Part shown: positions 10,165 to 19,472 of the stretch, in pieces | Numbering within the stretch: the first letter of the stretch is position 1 | How the letters are laid out: the number at the start of each line of letters is the position of its first letter | NCBI GenBank assembly: GCA_017625335.1 | Contig: JAGALE010000231.1 | Span: 1 to 58,194 of the forward strand | Reading direction: 5' to 3' | Source of the DNA: Lachnospiraceae bacterium | Lineage (GTDB): Bacteria; Bacillota; Clostridia; Lachnospirales; Lachnospiraceae | DNA: 58,194 bases | Position numbers and translations under genes: made by a program | The notes under the pieces: generated by a model | Database searches by the model: none | What the model was told of the DNA's origin: nothing | The model's input: only the letters and a program-made list of their open reading frames with translations

Positions 10165-10500
10165 CTATTTTTTCGATGGTCGGGCATATAGCTTTCTTCT
10201 TATCTTTACTGCCCAGGTTTTCCTAGTTTTTTCTTACTATTTTTATTTTTCCGGGCATATAGAAATTTACTTAGTCCCACTGCCCAAGTTTTCCTGGTTT
10301 TTTCTTACTGTTTTTATTTTTCCGGGCATATAGAAATTTACTTAGTCCCACTGCCCAAGTTTTCCTGGTTTTTTCTTACTGTTTTTATTTTTCCGGGCAT
10401 ATACAGAATTTATTTGCTCTACTGCCCAGATTTTATTAGATTCTCATTAAATTAATATCTATCACCGGGCAATATAAGAAAATTATTTTCTATATGCCCA
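10165..10500. repeat. Tandem array of five ~71-bp units, each with inverted GGGCA...TGCCC
   Basis: CGGGCA at 10181, 10252, 10323, 10394 and 10466; central units nearly identical, outer units degenerate. Confidence 0.9.
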
Positions 10501-10544
10501 AAATTTTATAACATCACCAGATTAAACTTAAAAATTAATCATTT

Positions 10545-12536
10545 CTAGCTCTTAGCTGTCAGATATATCATAAGAACTGACACATCCGCAGGGGATACAC
10601 CTGATATTCTAGATGCCTGACCTAAGGATGCTGGTCTAACCTGATTAAGCTTTTGTCTAGCTTCCTTACGAAGATTTGACACATCATCATAATTAATATC
10701 TGCAGGAATCAACCTTTTCTCCATCTTCTTAAAGTGTTCAACCTGCTGCTTTTGTCTGGTTATATATCCCTCATACTTAATGTCTATATTTATCTGTTCA
10801 ATTACCTCTGACGAAAGTGGTCCAACTGCTTCTCTGTCTGGATCAAGCTCAGCTAAAGCTTCGTAATCAAGCTCCGGTCTTCTTATTAGCTCAGCAAGTG
10901 AGGCAGCAGTTTTAAGTGGTGTTGAGTTATGTGCTTCTAAGAATTCCTGTACCTTCTTATTAGCTCCCACCATAATCTCTGACACTCTTTCTATCTCAGC
11001 ATTAATCTGATTTCTCTTAGTACAAAATGCTTCATATCTCTCATCATCTATAAGACCAATTTCATGTCCTATATCTGTAAGACGAAGGTCTGCATTATCC
11101 TGTCTTAAAAGCAATCTATACTCAGCTCTTGAGGTCATCATACGATATGGCTCAAAGGTTTCCTTAGTAACAAGGTCATCTATAAGAACACCTATATAGC
11201 CCTGTGATCTGTCAAGAATAATTGGCTCCTTACCCTGAAGCTTTCTAGCTGCATTAATACCTGCCATAAGTCCCTGGGCAGCAGCCTCCTCGTAGCCTGA
11301 ACTACCATTAAGCTGACCTGCTGAAAAAAGTCCCTCAAAGCTTTTAAACTCTAAGGATGCATCTAGATTAACTGCATTGATACAATCGTACTCGATAGCA
11401 TAAGCATTTCTAATAATAGTAACATTTTCAAGTCCCGGAACAGTTCTAATCATGGCATACTGCACATCCTCTGGAAGAGATGATGACATACCACCCATGT
11501 ACATCTCGTTGGTGAATTCGCCCTCTGGCTCGATGAAGAGCTGATGGCGATTCTTATCAGGGAACTTCATAACCTTATCCTCTATGGATGGACAATATCT
11601 AGGACCTGTACCCTCTATAAATCCTGAGAATAAAGGTGAACGGTCTATGTTATCCTTAATAATCTGATGAGTTTTTTCATTGGTATAAGTGAGCCAACAG
11701 GATATCTGGTCCCTCTTAATATCTTCCTCAGTATTGGTAAATGAGAATGGAACAATTTTCTCATCACCCTTTTGCTCCTCCATCTTGGAGAAATCTATAG
11801 TCTTCTTATCAAGTCTAGCCGGAGTACCTGTCTTAAATCGTCTGATAAATATTCCTGCATCACTCATAGAGTCAGACAAACCATTTGCCGCCTGAAGACC
11901 ATTAGGTCCTGTGTGATTAACCACATCTCCGTAGATACATCTAGCCTTAAGATAGGTTCCTGTACAAAGAACAACTGCCTTAGCAAGGTAGGTTGCACCG
12001 GAAAATGTTTTCACACCCTTGATAATCTTCTTAGTGGTTACACTAGCTTCACTACCTAACTGACAAAATTCTTGATTTACGTCAGTTGAATTATCTAAAT
12101 TAACATTTTTACTTCCATTAAATTCAACCTCTTCATACAAAAGCTCAGTAACCTCAGCCTGTCTTAGAGTAAGGTTATCAGTATTCTGAAGAGTGAGTCT
12201 CATGTGCTTGGTATACTCCACTTTGTCCGCCTGTGCACGAAGAGAGTGGACAGCAGGACCCTTAGAAACATTTAACATCTTAGACTGAATATAGGTCTTA
12301 TCAATATTCTTACCCATCTCACCGCCAAGTGCATCAATCTCTCTAACCAAGTGACCCTTGGAACTACCACCTATATTAGGATTACAAGGCATCAGGGCAA
12401 CACTGTCCATACTAATAGTAAATAAAATTGTCTTAAATCCAAGTCGTGCCGCAGCTAGCGCAGCCTCACAGCCTGCGTGTCCCGCTCCAACAACCACGAT
12501 ATCATATTCTTCCTGAATGTATGTATTTGCTGACAT
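10545..12536 (-). CDS. mnmG: tRNA U34 carboxymethylaminomethyl modification enzyme MnmG/GidA
   Basis: [52 protein letters not shown]. Confidence 0.97.
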   Translation of the reverse strand: MSANTYIQEEYDIVVVGAGHAGCEAALAAARLGFKTILFTISMDSVALMPCNPNIGGSSKGHLVREIDALGGEMGKNIDKTYIQSKMLNVSKGPAVHSLRAQADKVEYTKHMRLTLQNTDNLTLRQAEVTELLYEEVEFNGSKNVNLDNSTDVNQEFCQLGSEASVTTKKIIKGVKTFSGATYLAKAVVLCTGTYLKARCIYGDVVNHTGPNGLQAANGLSDSMSDAGIFIRRFKTGTPARLDKKTIDFSKMEEQKGDEKIVPFSFTNTEEDIKRDQISCWLTYTNEKTHQIIKDNIDRSPLFSGFIEGTGPRYCPSIEDKVMKFPDKNRHQLFIEPEGEFTNEMYMGGMSSSLPEDVQYAMIRTVPGLENVTIIRNAYAIEYDCINAVNLDASLEFKSFEGLFSAGQLNGSSGYEEAAAQGLMAGINAARKLQGKEPIILDRSQGYIGVLIDDLVTKETFEPYRMMTSRAEYRLLLRQDNADLRLTDIGHEIGLIDDERYEAFCTKRNQINAEIERVSEIMVGANKKVQEFLEAHNSTPLKTAASLAELIRRPELDYEALAELDPDREAVGPLSSEVIEQINIDIKYEGYITRQKQQVEHFKKMEKRLIPADINYDDVSNLRKEARQKLNQVRPASLGQASRISGVSPADVSVLMIYLTAKS

Positions 12537-12663
12537 TACCCTGTTCCTTTCATTTTTAAAATCACTATTCTCTATTTTAACAAATAATCTGTTAGTTGCA
12601 AGAATTAATTGAAGAGATAAAATAAATATATCTTTCTGTATTATAAATTGTATTAAAATCGCC

Positions 12664-12692
12664 TTGAAAATGACTAAAAAGTATACTATAAT
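12664..12692 (+). promoter_or_regulatory. Sigma-A-type promoter in the CRISPR leader
   Basis: TTGAAA-17 bp-TATAAT, about 175 bp upstream of repeat 1. Confidence 0.7.
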
Positions 12693-12865
12693 TTAACTGT
12701 GTTAGAAAAATTCATCTAATTCTGCGCCGATATAAGTGGTTATCACGCTTTAGGACTATAATGATAATGATTATCGGCAAAATTACCCAAAAATGCAGGC
12801 TCAAAAAATTGTCCGCCGCAAAAGGGGTCTGAAACCCTTATAAATCAAGGGTTCTAGAAGGCAGG

Positions 12866-13180
12866 GTTTTATGAAGTACCGTACCTATAAGGAATTGACA
12901 CTAAAATACTGCATCGTTTCCGTTTGCTCTATCAAGTTTGATGAAGTACCGTACCTATAAGGAATTGACACATTCGTTACTGAATGCCTCCATAGTGTCT
13001 GTTTTACCGTTTTATGAAGTACCGTACCTATAAGGAATTGACACCACTACAACATCTGGCTTTTGCATAGGAGAATTTCCGTTTTATGAAGTACCGTACC
13101 TATAAGGAATTGACACACCTCAGGATCCCTTGTTAATCTTCCCATCATTATTGTTTGATGAAGTACCGTACCTATAAGGA
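12866..13180 (+). CRISPR. CRISPR array: 5 repeats (36 nt, last truncated), 4 spacers (34, 37, 36, 36 nt); no cas genes in the window
   Basis: Repeat GTTT(T/G)ATGAAGTACCGTACCTATAAGGAATTGACAC at 12866, 12936, 13009 and 13081; degenerate copy at 13153; unique spacers; AT-rich leader on the left. Confidence 0.95.
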
Positions 13181-13224
13181 GTATTAAATATAGTTCTATC
13201 GTCGGTGATTTCCGATAAATTTCA

Positions 13225-13260
13225 GGGTTTACGAAAATGTATATTTTTTCGCAAACCCTT
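13225..13260 (+). terminator. Hairpin downstream of the CRISPR array (possible terminator)
   Basis: AGGGTTTACGAAAA...TTTTCGCAAACCCT followed by a T-rich tract. Confidence 0.45.
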
Positions 13261-13476
13261 ATTTTATCTGCGTTTTTAAAATTTTGACTTTGGGGGAGTT
13301 CACAGACTTTTCACAGAATGCTTCAAAACTGTACAAACGTTTGAAAAATTAGGCTTTACGATATATAGTGCTTGGAATATAATCATTTTCACAGAATGCA
13401 TTTTATAATATCGTATTTATTTTCAAACTATTTTTAACCATATAAGGCGCGCCTTGTTTTTTACAAGGAGGAAGAA

Positions 13477-14397
13477 ATGATGGGTACAACGGATATATGG
13501 GAGATGACGAATGATAGACAGGATTATTCAAAGCTTACGGGACCTCTGCCTCATAAGCTTACCAATGACTACATGTTTAAAGCTTTTTTGCAGAAGAACG
13601 AGAAAGCGTTAAGGGGGTTATTGTGTGCTCTGTTAAGACTTCAGAATAGTGATATTAAAACGGTCACTATAACTAATCCTATAATTCTAGGTGAAAGAAT
13701 AACTGATAAGTATGTGGTGCTTGACATCAACCTACTTCTCAATGACAATACCATAATTAATATTGAGATGCAGGTGGAGAATCTGAATAATTGGACAGAA
13801 CGTTCTCTTACATATCTGTGCAAGAATTATGATCAGCTTAAGACTGGTGAGGATTATAAGGAATCAAAGAAGGCCATTCAAATAGGCATACTGGATTTTA
13901 ATATAGACGGTTTTCCCAAAGAACTGTTCCTCGATTATTATTTAATAAATCGTAAAACCAATCACATTTATAGTGACAAGGTATCGATTCTCGTGTTACA
14001 ATTAAATCATCTAGGAAATGAAGAGGATGAGGCGAGTATGCCTGATTTGTACCACTGGGCGCAGCTTTTCTGTGCCGAGACATGGGAGGAGATTATTATG
14101 CTGGCGGATAAGAACAAGGAGATAAGCGAGTGTATAGTGACCCTTAAGGAGTTATCTGAGGACGAGAGGATACAGCTGGAGTGTGAGGCTAGAGAGAAGG
14201 CTAGGCGTGATGCTGTGGCCAGGGAAGATTATGTGTTTGATAAGGGTGTTAAGCATGGCTTGGAGTTGGGCTTGGAACGAGGTATATTCAACCTCATAAG
14301 TACCCTCAAAGATCTCGGGATTTCAGATGCTCAGATTATAGATACTCTTATGGAAAAGTATAATTTGACTAGAGAAGAGGCTGAGCAGAAATTGTAG
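13477..14397 (+). CDS. Rpn/YhgA-like PD-(D/E)XK nuclease (PDDEXK_2 putative transposase family)
   Basis: NDYMFK, LDINL...INIEMQ catalytic region, ERSLTY, low-complexity GLELGLERG C-terminus. Confidence 0.9.
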   Translation: MMGTTDIWEMTNDRQDYSKLTGPLPHKLTNDYMFKAFLQKNEKALRGLLCALLRLQNSDIKTVTITNPIILGERITDKYVVLDINLLLNDNTIINIEMQVENLNNWTERSLTYLCKNYDQLKTGEDYKESKKAIQIGILDFNIDGFPKELFLDYYLINRKTNHIYSDKVSILVLQLNHLGNEEDEASMPDLYHWAQLFCAETWEEIIMLADKNKEISECIVTLKELSEDERIQLECEAREKARRDAVAREDYVFDKGVKHGLELGLERGIFNLISTLKDLGISDAQIIDTLMEKYNLTREEAEQKL

Positions 14398-14459
14398 TTT
14401 TATAAATTTATAGATAAATTATAAGTATAATATCATACAAACTTGTAGGAAAATTAATC

Positions 14460-14497
14460 AATGAAACCGGACCAAAATATCCGGTTTCATTTTTTAT
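14460..14497 (+). terminator. Intrinsic terminator after the Rpn gene
   Basis: AATGAAACCGG...CCGGTTTCATT then TTTTT. Confidence 0.8.
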
Positions 14498-14507
14498 GTG
14501 CTATAAA

Positions 14508-14536
14508 TTGACTATAAATTCTTTTGGAATTATAAT
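14508..14536 (+). promoter_or_regulatory. Sigma-A promoter of mnmE
   Basis: TTGACT-17 bp-TATAAT. Confidence 0.75.
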
Positions 14537-14567
14537 GTTCATTAGATTCACAGATAAGGAGAATTAT

Positions 14568-15941
14568 ATGAAGGACACAATTGCAGCCATTGCCACTGGT
14601 ATGGGCAATTCTGGCATTGGAATAATTAGAATAAGTGGCGATGAAGCACTTGCTATAGCAGACAAGCTTTTCATCCCTAAGAATAAATCTAAATCCATAG
14701 GTTCTATGGAAAGCTACACTGCAGCCTATGGAGTAATATCTTATGATGGAGAAATCTATGATGAAGCAATAGCTTTAGTTATGCGTTCACCTGGCACATA
14801 TACTGCAGAGGATGTTGTTGAGCTTGATTGTCATGGTGGAATAACTGTATTAAAGAGAATCTTTGATTTAGTAATAAGACTTGGAGCAAGACCGGCGGAA
14901 CCGGGAGAGTTTACTAAGAGAGCATTCTTAAATGGACGAATTGACATGTCACAGGCAGAATCTGTTATGGACTTAATTCATGCAAAGAATGATATGGCAG
15001 CAAAGTCATCCCTTAAACAGCTTTCAGGTGAATTAACTAAGCTGATTAAGGATATGAGAGATAAGCTTTTATATAATATTGCTTACATCGAATCAGCCCT
15101 TGATGATCCTGAAAATTACTCCTTAGAGGATTATCCACAGCAGTTGGAGGGCACTGTGGATAACATGTTGATAACTGTTGAAAAGCTAATAAAATCAAGC
15201 ACTGATGGACGTCTAATCAAAGAGGGTATAAGAACTGCCATAGTAGGTCGTCCAAATGCAGGAAAATCCTCTGTTTTAAATATGCTTTTAGGTGAGGAAA
15301 GAGCTATAGTTACAGACATTGAGGGTACCACCAGAGACACCCTTGAGGAATATATCAATATAGATGGAATTACACTAAATATAGTAGATACGGCCGGAAT
15401 CCGTACTACATCTGATACTGTTGAGAAAATAGGAGTGGACAAAGCTATAGCCTCTATAGATGATGCAGACCTTATACTTTATATCGTTGATGGAACCACT
15501 ACATTAGATGAAAACGATTTCAAAATTATGGATAAAATCAAGGACAAAAAATCCATAACTTTAATCAATAAAAACGACCTTGAAACTGTTGTGGATAAAG
15601 TGTTGATAAGTAACACTATTAACACCAAAATCCTTGAAATATCAGCAAAAGAAGGAACAGGTAAGGATAACCTTCACAACCTGCTTAAAGAGATGTTTTT
15701 CAACAACGAACTAAACTATAATGACGAAATCTATATCACAAACCAAAGACATAAGGCTCTACTCTATGAATCAAAAGAAAGTCTAAACAAAGTACTTGAA
15801 AGTATCCATCTAATGATGGGAGAGGACTTCCTTACCATAGACTTGATGGCAGCCTATGCATCCCTTGGTAAAATCATCGGTGAAGAGCTAGAAGACGACC
15901 TGGTCAACAAAATCTTCGCAGAGTTCTGTATGGGTAAATAA
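14568..15941 (+). CDS. mnmE: tRNA modification GTPase MnmE/TrmE
   Basis: DTIAAIAT, GEFTKRAFLNG, GRPNAGKSS, GTTRD, DTAG, NKND, C-terminal FCMGK; ATG 14568 after AAGGAG. Confidence 0.97.
   Translation: MKDTIAAIATGMGNSGIGIIRISGDEALAIADKLFIPKNKSKSIGSMESYTAAYGVISYDGEIYDEAIALVMRSPGTYTAEDVVELDCHGGITVLKRIFDLVIRLGARPAEPGEFTKRAFLNGRIDMSQAESVMDLIHAKNDMAAKSSLKQLSGELTKLIKDMRDKLLYNIAYIESALDDPENYSLEDYPQQLEGTVDNMLITVEKLIKSSTDGRLIKEGIRTAIVGRPNAGKSSVLNMLLGEERAIVTDIEGTTRDTLEEYINIDGITLNIVDTAGIRTTSDTVEKIGVDKAIASIDDADLILYIVDGTTTLDENDFKIMDKIKDKKSITLINKNDLETVVDKVLISNTINTKILEISAKEGTGKDNLHNLLKEMFFNNELNYNDEIYITNQRHKALLYESKESLNKVLESIHLMMGEDFLTIDLMAAYASLGKIIGEELEDDLVNKIFAEFCMGK
15131..15609. promoter_or_regulatory. DnaA-box cluster inside mnmE
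   Basis: TTATCCACA 15131, TGTGGATAA 15155 and 15590, TGTTGATAA 15166 and 15601. Confidence 0.7.
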
Positions 15942-15953
15942 TTCAATTAATAT

Positions 15954-16018
15954 AAGAGGTCATAATATGATATTTGACCTGTCTACTTGACAGGGGACAT
16001 ATCATATTATGACCTCTT
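15954..16018. repeat. Long inverted repeat (20-bp perfect arms) between convergent mnmE and jag
   Basis: AAGAGGTCATAATATGATAT ... ATATCATATTATGACCTCTT with inner CCTGTC/GACAGG. Confidence 0.9.
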
Positions 16019-16146
16019 GTTATTTTGTCAACTACTGAAAACTATTAATTTCAACAAAATATATATTAATTTCAACATTATCATAACCATAATTAAAAAA
16101 ACCCCGGCACAAGGACTGTACCAGGGTTTCAACTTTCACTATAACT

Positions 16147-16773
16147 TTAGTTCTTCTTAAGATATACAACAACCTTACGATATGGCTCCTCGCCCTCACT
16201 TCTAGTTGCTACATACTTATCATTCTGAAGAGATGAATGAATAATTCTTCTCTCATATGGATTCATTGGCTCTAATGTAAAGGATCTTCTTGTTCTCTTA
16301 ACCTTGAAAGCAATATTTCTTGCAAGATTCTCAAGAGTATCCTTTCTTCTCTGACGATAGTTCTCAGTATCAAGCTTAACTCTGATATAAGACTCACTCT
16401 TCTTATTAACGAATAAGCTGATAAGATACTGGAGAGCATCTAAGGTCTGTCCACGCTTACCAATTAAGATTCCCATATCAGGACCAGCAACGTCAATATT
16501 CATAACGCCCTCATCCTTATCGTAATCTATAGTAACTGTAGATTCAACCTCCATAGCCTTGAAAAGATTATCGAGATAAGCCTTAATATCTTCAAGGAAG
16601 GTATCCTTCTTCTTAGCTTTAATAATTGCTGGCTTAGCACCAATTCCTAAGAAACCTGATGTACCCTTATCTATAACCTCATAATCTAACTCAGTACTAG
16701 CTACTCCTAACTCCATAGAAGCAATTGTAAGAGCCTCTTCAACTGTCTTAGCTTTGAACTCTTTAAATTCCAC
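16147..16773 (-). CDS. jag: RNA-binding protein Jag/KhpB (EloR)
   Basis: Jag_N (AKTVEEA, GFLGIG), KH (LIGKRGQTLDALQ), R3H (ERRIIH). Confidence 0.95.
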   Translation of the reverse strand: MEFKEFKAKTVEEALTIASMELGVASTELDYEVIDKGTSGFLGIGAKPAIIKAKKKDTFLEDIKAYLDNLFKAMEVESTVTIDYDKDEGVMNIDVAGPDMGILIGKRGQTLDALQYLISLFVNKKSESYIRVKLDTENYRQRRKDTLENLARNIAFKVKRTRRSFTLEPMNPYERRIIHSSLQNDKYVATRSEGEEPYRKVVVYLKKN

Positions 16774-18035
16774 TAGTTCTTTCCTCCGTTATTATCGTTA
16801 AACTTTTGGAGAGCATTAGCCTTAGCTGCAAGACTACCCTCTCTATATTTAACTGTACCACTTTGTGTCTTCATAGTTGATGAAGTATAACTCTTAAGCT
16901 TTGAATTAGTAATATTCGATCTAGAAGCATTAGACTCCTGCTGTGGTTGCTGTCCATAAGCTGCCTCAGCCATCTTCTCAGCAAAGGTCTTCTTACCTGC
17001 TGCTTTACGCTTCTCAATCTTCTTCGCTGCCTTTTCCTTAGACTTTTCAACAATCTTATCCATATCAGCATGCTTAAAGTATGCATGAATAGACTTAGAT
17101 GTTACAAAGCTAAGCAATGAACCTGTTGCCCAATATAAACCAACACCGGCAGGAACATTAACAGTTACAAAGAAGGACATAAGAGGAAATACCTTCATCA
17201 TAGTCTTCATAGACTTCATAGTTGCATCTGCTGTTGGATCTCCTGAGCTCTGCATTGGTGTCGCATTTAAACTCATATATTGGAAAACCAAAGACAGGAT
17301 AGGAATAATAAATGCTGCTGTTAAAGCAAATCCTGGTGCTGCAGCAAGGTTTATACCACCTATAAAGCTGTACACATCTGAGATTTTGTCCATATTTGCA
17401 TTAATTGCATCTACAACAGCACCATTGCCTCCTAATAATTCCTTATATGCATCCCAGGAATCATTATCAAACTTTGCAAGTACATCGATGATAGTATTAG
17501 TGTTACTATTATTCATATTAATTATCTTCAAGGATGCAATTGTTTCCTTGTACTCGCCAAGCTTTTCAAAGGCTGTAGTATCATTTTTAATTGCATTTGC
17601 TATAGGTATATATAAATCTTTTACCTTTGTAACATATGCAGGTATGTTCTGAATAACATTATAGAGTGCAAAAAAGATTGGCATCTGAATGATTGATACA
17701 AGACAACCACCTGTTAAATTAACACCGTACTTGTCCTGAAGCTCTCTAACCTCAGCCTGCTGCTTCAGCATAGATTCCTGGTCTTTTTTGTTTCTATATT
17801 TTTTATTGATCTTATTAATTTCAGACTGTATAAACTGCTGAATTTTTGAAGATCTTGTCTGCTTGAACATAGAAGGAAGCAGACACAAACGAACCGCAAT
17901 AGTAAATATAATAATAGAAGCTCCTATACTTACTATTCCCAAATTGCTGGACAATTCATAGATTCCATTAAGTAATAATCCAAGTAACTTGGAAATTGGA
18001 CCCATGATTAATCCGTCTGCTTGAGTTAAAAACAT
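16773..18035 (-). CDS. yidC: Membrane protein insertase YidC/Oxa1
   Basis: GGCL..IIQMPIFFALY, PAGVGLYW; position between yidD and jag. Confidence 0.93.
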   Translation of the reverse strand: MFLTQADGLIMGPISKLLGLLLNGIYELSSNLGIVSIGASIIIFTIAVRLCLLPSMFKQTRSSKIQQFIQSEINKINKKYRNKKDQESMLKQQAEVRELQDKYGVNLTGGCLVSIIQMPIFFALYNVIQNIPAYVTKVKDLYIPIANAIKNDTTAFEKLGEYKETIASLKIINMNNSNTNTIIDVLAKFDNDSWDAYKELLGGNGAVVDAINANMDKISDVYSFIGGINLAAAPGFALTAAFIIPILSLVFQYMSLNATPMQSSGDPTADATMKSMKTMMKVFPLMSFFVTVNVPAGVGLYWATGSLLSFVTSKSIHAYFKHADMDKIVEKSKEKAAKKIEKRKAAGKKTFAEKMAEAAYGQQPQQESNASRSNITNSKLKSYTSSTMKTQSGTVKYREGSLAAKANALQKFNDNNGGKN

Positions 18036-18050
18036 TTTTTTCCTCCAAAT

Positions 18051-18263
18051 TTAAGGTACAGGATCATAACCACCTTTGGAAAATGGATTGCATCTAAGTA
18101 TTCTCCACACTGTAAGAGCAGTACCCTTAAAAAAACCATACTTTTCATATGCCTCTAAAGCATACTGTGAACAGGTTGGATAAAATTTACACACTCCATG
18201 TCCTTTAAGAGGAGATAAATACTTTCTATAAAACTTAATTAATCCAATACAAATCTTTTTCAT
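18051..18263 (-). CDS. yidD: Membrane protein insertion efficiency factor
   Basis: [27 protein letters not shown]. Confidence 0.95.
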   Translation of the reverse strand: MKKICIGLIKFYRKYLSPLKGHGVCKFYPTCSQYALEAYEKYGFFKGTALTVWRILRCNPFSKGGYDPVP

Positions 18264-18356
18264 ATACAAATAAAATTAAAAATATAACAAATATTTCGAT
18301 TTATCTAATGATTTATTCACTTAATATTGCTCAAATGTAAATTGATGGGACAGCTA

Positions 18357-18695
18357 TTATTGTTCAATAATATGATGAAGCTTAGCCAAATGCATAAATG
18401 CACTCTCTATCTCCTTATAGGATTTATCCTTTGCATTAACTCTTGCTACTATAACCATATCATAGCCTTTTTTAAGCTTGTCCTTGTTAAGTCTATAGCT
18501 CTCTCTTATAAGTCTTGTTATACGATGCCTGACCACGCTATTACCAACTTTTTTACTAACAGAGATTCCAATTCTACTGCAATCTAAGTTGTTGGCACTT
18601 AGATACATCACTAAATATTTATTGGCAAACGATTCTTTTTGGTTATACACCTTGCCGAACTCTCTGTTATTTTTAAGTGTAACAATGTTTCTCAT
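18357..18695 (-). CDS. rnpA: Ribonuclease P protein component
   Basis: RIGISVSKKVGNSVVRHRITRLIRE; ATG 18695 after GGAG. Confidence 0.95.
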   Translation of the reverse strand: MRNIVTLKNNREFGKVYNQKESFANKYLVMYLSANNLDCSRIGISVSKKVGNSVVRHRITRLIRESYRLNKDKLKKGYDMVIVARVNAKDKSYKEIESAFMHLAKLHHIIEQ

Positions 18696-18775
18696 TCTAT
18701 TCTCCACTTAAATTAAATTGTTTCCCTTCTCAGACAAAATAGTTGGAAAACAAAAGGTCACAAGCTTAGTGTGAC

Positions 18776-18910
18776 CTACGCTGATAATTTCTTTCTACCC
18801 TTAGCTCTTCTAGCAGATAATACCTTTCTGCCGTTAGCAGTGCTCATTCTCTTTCTAAAACCATGAACCTTAGATCTCTGTCTCTTCTTTGGCTGGAATG
18901 TCATCTTCAT
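18776..18910 (-). CDS. rpmH: 50S ribosomal protein L34 (44 aa, missing from the ORF track)
   Basis: Hand translation [44 protein letters not shown]; AAAGGAGG RBS. Confidence 0.97.
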   Translation of the reverse strand: MKMTFQPKKRQRSKVHGFRKRMSTANGRKVLSARRAKGRKKLSA

Positions 18911-18929
18911 AATAGATATCCTCCTTTAC

Positions 18930-19470
18930 ATAATATTAATGTCTTAATCCAAGCATTTGACTAATATTTGATTAACATAATCTATATCTTGTCAAAAGAC
19001 ACCAGCACACATTATATTTAAAAAACCCTTATAAGTCAAGGTTTTTATGCTTATTTTTCCTTATAGTTATCCACATTTTTTACTACTTTACCATAATGAA
19101 TTAACATAATGTTATCCACAAAATGTTATTAACTTGTGGATAAGTAGTGTATTTTATGTGGTTATCCACAAAAATCCACGTATTTTCGACATATTTTTTC
19201 ATCTTTAAAAAATGTTGATAAGTTTTTTTTTATTTACATAAAATTATTTTATTTTCATACGCAGTATGGAATGTATCGGCATGGCTGGTTGATTTATTAT
19301 TTACTATATAATAAGGTAATTATTTTATCCACTTAAACTTGATAAATTATCAATTTTATAGTATTATTATTGGTATGTATGCGCTTGTTTTAAATCAAGC
19401 AATTTTGTAACTATTTTGAAGCTTAAAAAAGTAATATCAAAAGCTATTTAAAAGCTAAACGGAGGCTTTT
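18930..19470. other. oriC part 1 (rpmH-dnaA intergenic DnaA boxes)
   Basis: TTATCCACA at 19067, 19112 and 19162; TGTGGATAA at 19135; further near-matches. Confidence 0.9.
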
Positions 19471-19472
19471 TA

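Noticed and set aside
10165-10500. 71-bp array as a second CRISPR
   Set aside because: The central units are identical over their whole length, so there are no unique spacers, and there is no leader.
12700-13470. tracrRNA/anti-repeat near the array
   Set aside because: No stretch complementary to the repeat was found by eye; the leader hairpin at 12726-12778 (GCCGATA...TATCGGC) is unrelated to the repeat.
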